The position numbers and the translations under genes are program-made. A stretch of DNA of 59,783 nucleotides from an uncultured Lewinella sp. (GTDB lineage Bacteria; Bacteroidota; Bacteroidia; Chitinophagales; Saprospiraceae): positions 1 to 59,783 of the forward strand of contig CAZKPE010000003.1 of NCBI GenBank assembly GCA_964554545.1, in the 5' to 3' direction. The notes beneath the pieces are model-generated. The model worked only from the letters and a program-made list of their open reading frames with translations, was not told the DNA's origin and did not search any database. Positions 18,106 to 28,454 of this stretch are shown here, in pieces (position 1 is the first letter of the stretch; every line of letters begins with the position of its first letter).

Positions 18106-20907
18106 TCACTTCTCCCCCCTAAAATCAAACCACAGCCGCCCCCCCCAGATACTCGGCCCGCCCCGGTGGCCCCGAAATTGGTTCGTCGCCCCGCTCGGAC
18201 TGCCCTTTTCGGCTACTTTGAACTTGGAGCCGATGGGACTGATCGCCTCCATGATCGACAGATTGCCCTCCGGAAAACGGCCGTCGGTGTTATCGTTAGT
18301 GGCTCCCCGGGGCGGGTCCGGCGTGAAGAGATGGAGGTAGTTGCCGGGTGTTGCCGTCAGGATGGTGAAATGCTGCTCTTCGGTTTCCAGCGTAGCCCAG
18401 TAGAGGTTACTGTAATAACCCTTGAATTCGGGGTAGTCCCAGCTTTCGCCCGTCACGGTATTATTGTAGGCCTTTTCGTGGAGCCTGAAATTCACTCCCT
18501 GTAGGCGGTTTTTCCACACGCGGTAGGGGCCGTCGCCGAGGTAGCGTACGCCCTTCACCCGTTCCTCCGGATAATCGAAGGTGATGCCCATGTAGTCGTG
18601 GTTTCCCCTCGGGAAGTAAGCATAGTCAAGCTGCAGCACCCCACTCGGCAGCATCCGGTAAGCCAGGGTATCCAGGGGGCCGGAAAGCACGAATTGAATC
18701 ATCTGAGTATCCCCCTCCTGACGCTGGATTACCTCCTCTACCGTCGCCTCACCGGTGGTCAGTCGCGGGCCGTTGCTCAGCGAGATAGCCCCCTTTCCGT
18801 TGCGAACGGAGCGGATCGTACCATCGGTTTTATTCAGTACGACTTCGACACCAGCGGCCGAAAGGATAAAGGTAGTTTCCGTCTTTTCCAGACTTGGGCG
18901 GCGGGGCGCGGGTGCAAGGTTGTCCACGAAATTGGAAGCAATCCGCTGCGGGGTGGCGATGGGCAAGGACCAGTGCATCACCAGCCTGCCGTGGGGGTCG
19001 AAGGCCCGGAGTTCGAGTGCGTCATGTGACTCCCAATCTTCCGGCAGACTGAGGTCGACATAGGCACTAAGACCCGGCGCTACGGAGGGGAGGTCGACGG
19101 TAGTCTGCAGGGTAGTATCCGCACCCCTGCTCTCCCCCGGCCCGGGCAGGTCGACCAGGGCCATTTCCAGGGTGCACTGATCCAGATCGGTGAAGTGGAA
19201 GCGATTTTCCAATTTCAACCGTCCGTCAAAGCGCGGGGGCAGGCGCTCCCGGTCGATGGCGATGGGCGACCAGATCTCGCGGATGGCGTAGAAGCTGCCC
19301 TCCTTTTCCCGGTAGGGGCCCACGATGCCGTCCGGTGCCTTATTGCCCTGGGTGTCGAGGGTATCGCTCCTGACGACCCCCTCGTCGGCAAAGACCCAAA
19401 GGAAGCCGCCGGCCGCGAGGGGGTTGCCGCGCATTTCCCGCCACCAGTCGGCCAGCCCCGCCCCGTGGCCGCCGTCGTAAAGTCCGTGCAGGAACTCGGT
19501 CGGAAAGAACACCTCCGTCCCGTTGAAGAACGACCCACCGCAGCAGTTGAAGTCGGCGTAGTGGAAGGTGTAGGTATCGTTGATCAGTCCCCAGGGGTGG
19601 ATAACGGTACGATCCTGGGGGTCATAGATGCGGTAATCGCCGAGCAGGGCGTAGTTGTTACCACCTTCGTTACCATTGGCCCAGAGCACCACGCTGGGGT
19701 GGTTTACGTCGCGTACGACCAGTTCCTTGACCAATTTGCGCCCAACGATCGTGTCATACGCATCCTGCCAGCCGGTGAGCTCGTCGATGACCAGGAGGCC
19801 CAGGGAATCACAGACCTCCAGGAAGTGCTTCTCCGGGGGGTAGTGGCTCATGCGCACGGCGTTCATATTCATGTCCTTCATCAGGTTGACGTCCTGGATG
19901 CTGAGTTCCTTACTGGTGGTGCGCCCCGAAGTCGGCCAGGAAGTGTGGCGGTTGACGCCGCGGAACATCACCTTGGTGCCGTTGAGGTAAAAGCCGTCCT
20001 GCGGTCGGAGCTCGAAGGTGCGGAAACCGGTGCGCTCCTTAAATTCATGTATGGGCTTGCCGGCGGTATCCTCTAACAATACGACGACGTCGTAGAGGTG
20101 GGGAAATTCAGGCGACCACGGGTCCACGTCATCGATCGTGCCGGTCAGGATCGTAAGACTGTCCTCTCTTCCGATAGTTTGTACGGGTAGCGTGCCCACT
20201 ACTTGCCCTGACAAGGCTTGCACCTGCGCCCGCGCCCGGACCCCCTCTTGCTGCCCCGCGGTGAATACATGTATGGTGAGCGCCCCATCGGCCCGGGCGT
20301 CGGTGGCTATTCGTTCGATATGCTGCCGGGGTTTGACTTCGAGATAGACGGGGCGGTAGATGCCGCCGTGAACCCAGAAGTCGGCATCCCGCTCGGCTTG
20401 GTTGACTGACTCGTTGCGGGAAACATTATTGACCACCACTTCCAACTCGTTCTCCCCCGGCCGCAGCAGGTCCGTGATGGGGTAGCTAAATTCGTAAAAG
20501 CCGCCCTGGTGGACCGGCCCCGCCGACCGTCCGTTCACCATGACGCGGGCATCGGTCATTACGCCCTCGAAGACGAGGTCGACGTGCTTTTCCGCCCAGT
20601 CGGCCGGTGCCGTGAAGGTGTGACGGTAGGTCGCCGTAGCGTCGGATTCCGGCAATTGCTGACGCCAGCCGGGGCGGTCTTCGCCGTTGGCCTGTCCGTA
20701 GCTGAAGATGCCGTATCCCTCAAACTCCCAGTTACTTGGGACGGCGATTTTACCCCATTCCCCGCTGTTGCGGCCGCGGTCGATGTGGAAGTCCCAGTCG
20801 ACCCGGTGGTCCTTATCGGTGCCGGACAGATACTGCCGCTCGGTAGTCTGAGCGATGAGAGAGGAAAGAGCGAAGAGGAGAAGGGGAACCAGGCTGGTGC
20901 GTAGCAT
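18106..20907 (-). CDS. Glycoside hydrolase family 2 (beta-galactosidase-like), secreted
   Basis: Signal peptide, [25 protein letters not shown], acid/base [13 protein letters not shown] and nucleophile PTEF. Confidence 0.93.
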   Translation of the reverse strand: MLRTSLVPLLLFALSSLIAQTTERQYLSGTDKDHRVDWDFHIDRGRNSGEWGKIAVPSNWEFEGYGIFSYGQANGEDRPGWRQQLPESDATATYRHTFTAPADWAEKHVDLVFEGVMTDARVMVNGRSAGPVHQGGFYEFSYPITDLLRPGENELEVVVNNVSRNESVNQAERDADFWVHGGIYRPVYLEVKPRQHIERIATDARADGALTIHVFTAGQQEGVRARAQVQALSGQVVGTLPVQTIGREDSLTILTGTIDDVDPWSPEFPHLYDVVVLLEDTAGKPIHEFKERTGFRTFELRPQDGFYLNGTKVMFRGVNRHTSWPTSGRTTSKELSIQDVNLMKDMNMNAVRMSHYPPEKHFLEVCDSLGLLVIDELTGWQDAYDTIVGRKLVKELVVRDVNHPSVVLWANGNEGGNNYALLGDYRIYDPQDRTVIHPWGLINDTYTFHYADFNCCGGSFFNGTEVFFPTEFLHGLYDGGHGAGLADWWREMRGNPLAAGGFLWVFADEGVVRSDTLDTQGNKAPDGIVGPYREKEGSFYAIREIWSPIAIDRERLPPRFDGRLKLENRFHFTDLDQCTLEMALVDLPGPGESRGADTTLQTTVDLPSVAPGLSAYVDLSLPEDWESHDALELRAFDPHGRLVMHWSLPIATPQRIASNFVDNLAPAPRRPSLEKTETTFILSAAGVEVVLNKTDGTIRSVRNGKGAISLSNGPRLTTGEATVEEVIQRQEGDTQMIQFVLSGPLDTLAYRMLPSGVLQLDYAYFPRGNHDYMGITFDYPEERVKGVRYLGDGPYRVWKNRLQGVNFRLHEKAYNNTVTGESWDYPEFKGYYSNLYWATLETEEQHFTILTATPGNYLHLFTPDPPRGATNDNTDGRFPEGNLSIMEAISPIGSKFKVAEKGSPSGATNQFRGHRGGPSIWGGRLWFDFRGEK
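20217..20237 (+). repeat. Dispersed motif copy CTTGCACCTGCGCCCGCGCCC
   Basis: Exact core, antisense within the GH2 gene (RARAQVQ). Confidence 0.85.
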
Positions 20908-20937
20908 ACCCGGAAAGTACAGCGCCGTTGGGAAATG

Positions 20938-21870
20938 TTAGTACCAGTCCTGGTCGGAAAGCCCGGCGTACACCCGTTCGATCCCTTCGCGCAGCTCGAT
21001 CTCGTGTTGCCAGCCCATGGCGTGGAGTTTGTCGACATTCATGAGTTTGCGGGGGGTGCCGTCGGGTTTGGAGGGGTCCTTGGTGATGCGGCCGCTATAG
21101 CCGACGACCTCTTTGATCGTTTCGGCTAGGGAAAGGATGCTGAGGTCCTTCCCCGTACCGACGTTCACGAAACCGTAATCGCTGAAGTGGTGCATGAGGA
21201 AAACGCAGGCGGCGGCCAGGTCGTCGGCGTGCAGGAATTCCCGTTTGGGGGAGCCGGTGCCCCACATCACGACCTCCTCGCGGCCCTCCTTCTTCGCCTC
21301 ATGAAATTTGCGGATGAGGGCGGGCAGTACGTGACTGGACTCCAGGTCGTAGTTGTCGTTCGGCCCGTACAGGTTGGTCGGCATCACGCTGATGAAATCG
21401 CAATCGTACTGGGCGCGGTAGGCATCGCACAATTTGATGCCGGTGATCTTGGCGATGGCGTAGGGCTCGTTAGTGGGCTCCAGGGGGCCGGTCAGGAGGG
21501 CATCCTCCGTGAGGGGCTGGGGTGCCAGTTTTGGATAAATGCAGCTGGAGCCGAGGAACTGGAGCTTTTTGACCTCATGGACGCGGGCGGCCTCGATCAC
21601 GTTCGCCTCGATCATGAGGTTGTCGTAGAGGAACTGCCCCCGGTAGACGTTATTGGCCTGGATACCCCCGACCTTGGCGGCGGCGAGAAAAACGTACTCG
21701 GGGCGCTCGGCGGCGAAGAAGTCGTTCACCGCCCCTTGGTCGCGGAGGTCGAGTTCCTTGCTGGTCCGGGTAACGAGGTTCTCGTGACCGTCGGTACGTA
21801 GCTTCCGGACAATAGCCGAGCCTACCATGCCGCGGTGACCGGCGACATAGATCTTACTATCAGTATTCAT
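20938..21870 (-). CDS. fcl: GDP-L-fucose synthase
   Basis: [24 protein letters not shown] and YAIAK motifs. Confidence 0.96.
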   Translation of the reverse strand: MNTDSKIYVAGHRGMVGSAIVRKLRTDGHENLVTRTSKELDLRDQGAVNDFFAAERPEYVFLAAAKVGGIQANNVYRGQFLYDNLMIEANVIEAARVHEVKKLQFLGSSCIYPKLAPQPLTEDALLTGPLEPTNEPYAIAKITGIKLCDAYRAQYDCDFISVMPTNLYGPNDNYDLESSHVLPALIRKFHEAKKEGREEVVMWGTGSPKREFLHADDLAAACVFLMHHFSDYGFVNVGTGKDLSILSLAETIKEVVGYSGRITKDPSKPDGTPRKLMNVDKLHAMGWQHEIELREGIERVYAGLSDQDWY

Positions 21871-21883
21871 AGCGTGTGTTTAG

Positions 21884-23200
21884 CTAGGCACCGACCGCTT
21901 TGCGACCGATGCTTTCGTAATGGAAGCCGGCTTTCTGCATGCGATCGAGGTCGTAGAGGTTGCGGCCGTCAAATACGACGGGCTCACTCAGCAGTTCCTT
22001 CATGCGTTCGAAATCGGGGGTGCGGAAGACGCTCCACTCCGTGACGATGGCCAGGGCATCTGCCCCTTCGAGGGCTTCGTACTGGTCCTCGCAGAAGGTC
22101 ACCTTGTCGCCGTAGATGGCACGAACGTTTTCCGTCGCTTCCGGATCGAAGGCGCGCACTTTGGCACCGGCTTTCAGCAGCCGGTCGATGGTGTAGAGGG
22201 CCGGGGCCTCGCGGATGTCGTCCGTATTCGGCTTAAAGGCCAGCCCCCAGAGAGCGATGGTCTTTCCCTTCAGGTCTTCGCCGAAGTAATCTTCCAACTT
22301 ATCGGCGATTCGGAACCGCTGGCGGGTGTTGACATCCATGACCGCATTGAGGATCTTGAAGTTGTAGGCGTACTCGCCGGCGGTGTGGGCCAGGGCCTGT
22401 ACGTCCTTGGGGAAACAAGACCCGCCGTAGCCGACACCGGGAAAGAGGAAGCGCTTACCGATACGGGAATCACTGCCCATACCCTTGCGTACGGCATCCA
22501 CGTCCGCGCCCGTCTGTTCGCAGAGGTTGGCGATCTCGTTCATGAAGGTGATCCGGGTGGCGAGGTAGGAGTTGGCGGCGTACTTCGTCATTTCGGCCGA
22601 GCGGAGGTCCATGAAGATGATCGGATTGCCGCTGCGTACGAAAGGCTCGTACAGCCGGCGCATTTTCTCTTCGGCTTGCGCGCTATCCGTTCCGATTACG
22701 ACCCGGTCCGGCTTCAGGAAGTCATCCACGGCGACCCCTTCCCGGAGGAATTCGGGGTTGGAGACGACGTCGAAGAGGCTTTCGTCCAGGTTTTCGGCCA
22801 GGGCGGCATGGACCTTTTCGGCCGTTCCGACCGGTACGGTACTCTTGTCAATGACCACGGTGTACTTCGTGATCATCTTGCTGAGGTCCTTGGCGACACC
22901 CAGGATGTAGCGGAGGTCGGCGGAGCCGTCTTCACCCGGGGGGGTCGGTAAGGCCAGGAAGATGATGTCCGAGGCATCCACCGCTTCCTGGAGGTTCGTC
23001 GTGAATTTCAGGCGTCCTTGCCGCTGGTTGCGCTCGAAGAGCACGTCCAGGTCGGGCTCATAGATGGGGACCTCCCCCTTTTTCATTTTCTCCACTTTAT
23101 CCGCATCGATATCGACGCAGATAACTTGATTTCCGGTCTCGGCAAAGCAGGTTCCGGTTACGAGACCGACGTAGCCGGTTCCAACAACAGCAATTTTCAT
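21884..23200 (-). CDS. ugd: UDP-glucose 6-dehydrogenase
   Basis: GTGYVG, NPEFLREG, GYGGSCFPKD and GLAFKPNTDD motifs. Confidence 0.95.
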   Translation of the reverse strand: MKIAVVGTGYVGLVTGTCFAETGNQVICVDIDADKVEKMKKGEVPIYEPDLDVLFERNQRQGRLKFTTNLQEAVDASDIIFLALPTPPGEDGSADLRYILGVAKDLSKMITKYTVVIDKSTVPVGTAEKVHAALAENLDESLFDVVSNPEFLREGVAVDDFLKPDRVVIGTDSAQAEEKMRRLYEPFVRSGNPIIFMDLRSAEMTKYAANSYLATRITFMNEIANLCEQTGADVDAVRKGMGSDSRIGKRFLFPGVGYGGSCFPKDVQALAHTAGEYAYNFKILNAVMDVNTRQRFRIADKLEDYFGEDLKGKTIALWGLAFKPNTDDIREAPALYTIDRLLKAGAKVRAFDPEATENVRAIYGDKVTFCEDQYEALEGADALAIVTEWSVFRTPDFERMKELLSEPVVFDGRNLYDLDRMQKAGFHYESIGRKAVGA

Positions 23201-23288
23201 GATCAGGGAAGTACGGGTAAGGAAAGGGGGCGTCGCGCCCTTAGGGGGTATTGGGTAAAAACGGGGGCAAAGATGCGGATAATTTGGC

Positions 23289-24245
23289 TTATACGGTAGC
23301 GTCAGCCCGCGCCACGGCTTCCCGGAAGTAGGGAAGGGCGCGGCGGAGTCCTTCGGCCCGACTGACCTGGGGTGACCAGTCCAGCACTTTTCGGGCTACG
23401 GTGATGTCGGGCTGGCGAATTTTGGGATCATCGACGGGTAGGGGGCGGCGGTCCAGGTAGGCGTCCGGGTTGCCCACTAATTCCATGATTTCTTCGGCGA
23501 ACTGGAGGATGGTGGTCTCATCCTGGTTACCGATGTTCACGGGCTGGCTGTAGTCACTCATCAGCAGGCGGTAGATGCCCTCCACGAGGTCGTCGACGTA
23601 GCAGAAGGAGCGGGTTTGACTGCCATCTCCGAAGACGGTCAATCCCTGGCCGCGAATCGCCTGACTGAAGAAAGCGGGAAGCACACGACCGTCGTTGAGC
23701 CGCATTCGGGGTCCGTAGGTGTTGAAGATGCGGACGATCCGGGTTTCTACGCCGTGGTAGGTATGGTAGGCCATCGTCATGGCTTCCTGAAAGCGCTTGG
23801 CCTCATCGTACACGCCGCGGGGGCCGACGGGGTTGACGTTGCCCCAGTAGGTTTCCTTCTGCGGGTGCTCCAGGGGGTCACCGTACACCTCGCTGGTGGA
23901 GGCGATTAGCATGCGGGCACCTTTCGCTTTGGCCAGACCGAGCAGGTTATGCGTGCCGAGGCTTCCTACCTTCAGGGTCTGAATGGGCATCTTCAGGTAG
24001 TCAATCGGGCTAGCCGGACTCGCGAAGTGAAGGATGTAATCAAGCTCGCCGGGTACGTGAACGAATTTACTGACATCGTGGTAGTAGAATTCGAAGTCCT
24101 TGCGTGGCATCAGATGGGCGATATTGTTCATCGAGCCGGTGATGAGGTTATCCATCCCGATGACGTGGAAGCCCTCGGCCAGGAAGCGATCGGATAGATG
24201 TGAGCCCAGGAAACCGGCCGCGCCGGTTATGAGTACTTTCTTCAT
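23289..24245 (-). CDS. UDP-glucuronate decarboxylase (UDP-xylose synthase-like SDR)
   Basis: ATG at 24245; [29 protein letters not shown] and DDPKIRQPD. Confidence 0.9.
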   Translation of the reverse strand: MKKVLITGAAGFLGSHLSDRFLAEGFHVIGMDNLITGSMNNIAHLMPRKDFEFYYHDVSKFVHVPGELDYILHFASPASPIDYLKMPIQTLKVGSLGTHNLLGLAKAKGARMLIASTSEVYGDPLEHPQKETYWGNVNPVGPRGVYDEAKRFQEAMTMAYHTYHGVETRIVRIFNTYGPRMRLNDGRVLPAFFSQAIRGQGLTVFGDGSQTRSFCYVDDLVEGIYRLLMSDYSQPVNIGNQDETTILQFAEEIMELVGNPDAYLDRRPLPVDDPKIRQPDITVARKVLDWSPQVSRAEGLRRALPYFREAVARADATV

Positions 24246-24295
24246 AGTATTCTGTGTAGTGTGTCTGTGGAAGTGAGGTGGCCGCCTATCCCCTC

Positions 24296-25411
24296 CTACT
24301 CGTACTGATTGCGCACGGCAAAACCTTCCTGCTTGAGCAATTGGTCGCGACGGAAAAGCTCGATGTCGGCCCGAACCATCTCGGAGCACATCGCGGCAAG
24401 GTCGTAGGTCGGCGTCCAACCGAGTTCACGTTTGGCCTTGCTAGGGTCGCCGAGCAAAAGCTCCACCTCGGTAGGCCGGAAATAACGAGGATCGACGGAT
24501 ACCATGGTATCACCGACCGAAACCGGAACCTCGGCGTTGCTCACGGAGGATGCGATACCCACTTCATCAGCGCCCTCCCCCCGAAAATCGAGTTCTACGC
24601 CTATCTCACGGAACGACATGCGAACGAAGTCGCGCACCCGGGTGGTGACCCCGGTGGCCAGGACAAAGTCTTCCGGCTTGTCGTGCTGGAGAATGCGCCA
24701 CATGCCTTCCACATAGTCCTTGGCGTGGCCCCAGTCGCGTTGGGCATCCAGGTTGCCGAGGTAGATACGGTCCTGGAGGCCGAGTGAAATCTTGGCTACG
24801 GCCCGGGTGATCTTGCGGGTGACGAAGGTTTCCCCCCGCAGCGGGCTCTCGTGGTTGAACAGGATACCGTTACAGGCATACATACCGTAAGCTTCCCGGT
24901 AGTTCACCGTGATCCAGTAGGCGTAAAGCTTGGCAACGGCGTAGGGCGAGCGCGGGTAGAAGGGGGTTGTCTCCGATTGAGGCACCTCCTGTACCAGTCC
25001 GTAAAGCTCGGAGGTAGAGGCCTGGTAGAAGCGGGTCTTCTCCGTCAACCCCAACAGACGGATCGCTTCCAGTAGGCGTGTCGTGCCAATGCCGTCCGCG
25101 TCCGCCGCATATTCCGGCATGTCGAAACTTACCTTTACGTGGCTCATCGCCGCCAAATTATAGATCTCGTCCGGCTGGACTTCCTGCACGATCCGGATCA
25201 GATTGGAACTATCGGTGAGATCCCCGTAATGCAGGATCAGGTTGCGGTCGGTGACGTGGGGGTCTTGGTAGAGGTGGTCGATGCGGTCCGTATTGAACAG
25301 GGAAGCCCGTCGCTTGATGCCGTGCACTTCGTAACCCTTACGCAAGAGTAATTCGGTCAGGTATGCACCATCCTGTCCGGTGATGCCGGTAATAATTGCC
25401 TTCTTGGCCAT
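24296..25411 (-). CDS. gmd: GDP-mannose 4,6-dehydratase
   Basis: [24 protein letters not shown] and FNHESPLRG motifs. Confidence 0.97.
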   Translation of the reverse strand: MAKKAIITGITGQDGAYLTELLLRKGYEVHGIKRRASLFNTDRIDHLYQDPHVTDRNLILHYGDLTDSSNLIRIVQEVQPDEIYNLAAMSHVKVSFDMPEYAADADGIGTTRLLEAIRLLGLTEKTRFYQASTSELYGLVQEVPQSETTPFYPRSPYAVAKLYAYWITVNYREAYGMYACNGILFNHESPLRGETFVTRKITRAVAKISLGLQDRIYLGNLDAQRDWGHAKDYVEGMWRILQHDKPEDFVLATGVTTRVRDFVRMSFREIGVELDFRGEGADEVGIASSVSNAEVPVSVGDTMVSVDPRYFRPTEVELLLGDPSKAKRELGWTPTYDLAAMCSEMVRADIELFRRDQLLKQEGFAVRNQYE

Positions 25412-25498
25412 TCTAAATGTAAATTATGGGTGTCTATACAATGAATAACGGGAAATGGCCGCCGTTCATTGGATGTTAAGGAGGAGGAAGCCGTCGGC

Positions 25499-26920
25499 TT
25501 ACAGCGCGTTCTCTTCCCCCCGGACTGCATTGAGCACGGTCATGAAGATACAGCGGATGTCCATCAGGAAGCTCCAGTTTTCCAAATACCATACATCGTA
25601 TTCGACGCGCTTCTGCATCTTCCAGAGCTCATCGGTAGGCCCGCGGTAGCCGTTGATCTGCGCCAGCCCGGTAACTCCCGGCTTCACCTGGTGGCGAATC
25701 ATGTAGGTATCGATGATCCGGCTGTACTCTTCCGTATGACTCAGCATGTGGGGGCGGGGGCCGACGACAGACATCTGCCCGAGAAAGACGTTGATGAACT
25801 GGGGAAATTCGTCCAGGCTGGTGCGCCGCAGAAACGCACCGATCTTGGTAATTCGATCATCTCCCTTGGTTGCCTGACGGGCGTCGGAATCTTGGTTCAG
25901 CCGCATGGAACGGAACTTCCACATCCGAAACGAGGCGCTGCGGTAGCCCGTTCGCTCTTGCCGGAAGAAGATCGGGCCGGGGTCTTCGCGATAAATCAAG
26001 AAGGCCACAACAGGAAGCATGATTGGAAAGATGAACAGGATCACGCCGCCACTGACCAGGATGTCAAAAGCCCGCTTGACGATCTTGTTCCGCAACGACA
26101 TCAGGGGCACTTCCCTCAAGGTCAGCATCGACAGATCGCCAAGTTGCTGAGTGCGGTAGGCACGGGGGAAGAGGGTGGTCTCCCGGGGCGCAATCTCGAC
26201 GTCGATGAATTGGGTCTGACACAGGCGCATGATCTCTTGCTCCTCTTCCAGAGAAAGGCTACTGTTGAAGAAGATCAGCTTGTCGATGTCGGGGCCGCTG
26301 CGGAGAAAATCGCGTATGTCTTCGAAGTCGCCCAAATCACGCACCCCCTCATGGTGGTCGTCTCCGAACCGCCCGACCAGCTGGGCACTACCGGGAAAAC
26401 AGTAGTCGAAGGCCTTCCAAAGTTCCGCCAGGTTCTGCCGACGCCCCCCTACGATCACGTAGCGGAACTGCTCAAAGGGGCTGACTTCCCGCAGGCGGTT
26501 CACGATCCGGCCCCCGGAAATGAAGAGTAGTGCCAGCCCGTGGGAAAGTAACAGGAAGGGCGTGTGGGGAACGTCCAGTAGTACGTTATAGTAAAACAGG
26601 GAAGTAAACGCAAGCAGTAAGACGACCATCTTGATGACCTTGGTCAACTGCTGCTCCATACGCACCCGCTCGTACCAGCGGTAAGCGTTGAAGTACATCG
26701 CCGCACCGCCCCATGCCAGGTTGACCACGACAACCAGTGCCAGGTTCCGGTAGGTGAGGATGCTTTCGTAGTCCAGGAGCCCGTAAGTGATCAGGCTTGC
26801 GAAGAAGAACGCAATATTTAAAAGAATAAAATCCGTCGCAATCAGATCGTAGCGATGCGGAGTGGCCCGGAGCAATCTAGCCTGCGCCGGAGCCTGAATG
26901 TTAGTAGTAGTCAGTCCCAT
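25499..26920 (-). CDS. Undecaprenyl-phosphate hexose-1-phosphate transferase (WcaJ/WbaP-like)
   Basis: N-terminal TMs, KRAFDI, KFRSM, SLDEFPQ, VGPRP and KPGVTGLAQ. Confidence 0.92.
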   Translation of the reverse strand: MGLTTTNIQAPAQARLLRATPHRYDLIATDFILLNIAFFFASLITYGLLDYESILTYRNLALVVVVNLAWGGAAMYFNAYRWYERVRMEQQLTKVIKMVVLLLAFTSLFYYNVLLDVPHTPFLLLSHGLALLFISGGRIVNRLREVSPFEQFRYVIVGGRRQNLAELWKAFDYCFPGSAQLVGRFGDDHHEGVRDLGDFEDIRDFLRSGPDIDKLIFFNSSLSLEEEQEIMRLCQTQFIDVEIAPRETTLFPRAYRTQQLGDLSMLTLREVPLMSLRNKIVKRAFDILVSGGVILFIFPIMLPVVAFLIYREDPGPIFFRQERTGYRSASFRMWKFRSMRLNQDSDARQATKGDDRITKIGAFLRRTSLDEFPQFINVFLGQMSVVGPRPHMLSHTEEYSRIIDTYMIRHQVKPGVTGLAQINGYRGPTDELWKMQKRVEYDVWYLENWSFLMDIRCIFMTVLNAVRGEENAL

Positions 26921-28166
26921 GATTGTGTTGTTGTGTGTTCAGTGTCTTAAAATCAAAACCTAAAAGCCGGCGAAAACGGGAGAGAATAGTCTCCTTCGCC
27001 AAATAGTCGTGTGCATAGTCGGCCGCACCGGTCGCATCATCATGCCGGTGACCCGTTAAAATTTCCGTCAGCCCCGCCTCCAGGGCATCTATATCTTCGG
27101 GAGCGACGATCGTTCCCAGCCGGTGCTCCTGCGCCGTATCGTACAGCGTAGTCCCGGGCTCGGCCGTGATCAGGGCGTGGCCTCCGACCGCCAGAATGTT
27201 GGTCAGTTTGGAGGGCAGCACCAGATCGGCGGCAGCCTTCTTTTGCAGCACGAGGTGCACGTCGGCCGCCGCGAGCATCGGCGCAAGTAGCTCTAAGGGC
27301 TGCAATGGCTTAAATTGGACGTTACCGAGGCCCAAACGGTCACGTTCCGCTATCAATCTATCCTTTGCACCCCCTTCGCCAACGATGACGAAGGTCAGCC
27401 GGGCTACGTTGCGCAGGCGCTCCGCCAGTAGCAGGATTTGCTCCAGCCCCTGCTTTTCACCCAGATTGCCGGCGTAGAGGACCACCCGGTCATTCTCGGC
27501 AAAACCCCAGTCAGCCCGCAGGGAATCGGCGCGCGCAACCGGGTACACCAGCTCATTGTCCACCCAGTTCGGGAACAGCGCCAGCTGCTCTTCGGGCAAG
27601 CCTTTCGCCAGGAGCTTACTCCGCATGCCGGTGCTAATGGTCGTCACCAGCGACATCCGGCGCAGCAGCCAACGCTCCGCCTGCTCCAGAAAACGCAGCA
27701 GGCTACGGTTTTTAATAATACCGAGGTCGCGGGCGGCATCGACCTGCAGGTCCTGGATGTGGTTGATCACCCGCGTACCGTGCAGCCACTTATGTACCAG
27801 ACCCGGAAAGCCCAGATGAAAGGGCGGACTGATACAGACGATGGCGTCATAGCGTCGGAAGTAGCGGGGAATCCAGTACCGCAGGGAGCTCAGCACAAAA
27901 CTGAATTCGTGTAGGATCCGCTTAGGGCCCGTTACTTCCCCGGGAACGTAGAGGGGGCAGCGGTATACCCGAACCCCATCGATGTATTCTTCGCGATAGG
28001 CATTAGCGTAGCCGCCCTGTACCGACCAATGGGGGTAGTAGGGCGGGGCCGTAATGACCTCCACCTCATCGCCGGATGCGGCAAGGAATGCCGCCATCTC
28101 ACCCGTATACTTACCAATACCGGTAAGCTCCGGGGCGTAGTTGATGCCGTAGAGCAGTATTCGCAA
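26901..28166 (-). CDS. WcaI-like GT4 glycosyltransferase
   Basis: GINYAPELTGIGKYTGEM, YAGNLGEKQGL and LPSKL motifs. Confidence 0.9.
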   Translation of the reverse strand: MRILLYGINYAPELTGIGKYTGEMAAFLAASGDEVEVITAPPYYPHWSVQGGYANAYREEYIDGVRVYRCPLYVPGEVTGPKRILHEFSFVLSSLRYWIPRYFRRYDAIVCISPPFHLGFPGLVHKWLHGTRVINHIQDLQVDAARDLGIIKNRSLLRFLEQAERWLLRRMSLVTTISTGMRSKLLAKGLPEEQLALFPNWVDNELVYPVARADSLRADWGFAENDRVVLYAGNLGEKQGLEQILLLAERLRNVARLTFVIVGEGGAKDRLIAERDRLGLGNVQFKPLQPLELLAPMLAAADVHLVLQKKAAADLVLPSKLTNILAVGGHALITAEPGTTLYDTAQEHRLGTIVAPEDIDALEAGLTEILTGHRHDDATGAADYAHDYLAKETILSRFRRLLGFDFKTLNTQQHNHGTDYY

Positions 28167-28370
28167 TCTGCATGTAGCCAGCTAAAGCCAGCCAAGTTGT
28201 AAGTCTCCCAAATGGGGAAAACTGGGGATGAATGTGTAGTTACGTAGTGTCTGATACCCCACCAAAAGAAATGGTAAGGGCACAATCGAAGGCAAAAAAC
28301 GCCGGTGAACGGCACAACAGTTCCAAGTCAGGGTGAGCCAATCATCCGAGAATCGAAACTATTGGTTGAA

Positions 28371-28403
28371 CAAATATAAAACCTTTCTTCCGGTTTATGC
28401 AAA
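28371..28403 (-). promoter_or_regulatory. Consensus Bacteroidota -33/-7 promoter of the EPS operon
   Basis: TTTG (28403-28400), 21-nt spacer, TATATTTG (28378-28371). Confidence 0.7.
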
Positions 28404-28454
28404 TCGCGGGCTAAGGATGTGCAAGCATACGGACATTTCATGTAGGTACACCCA

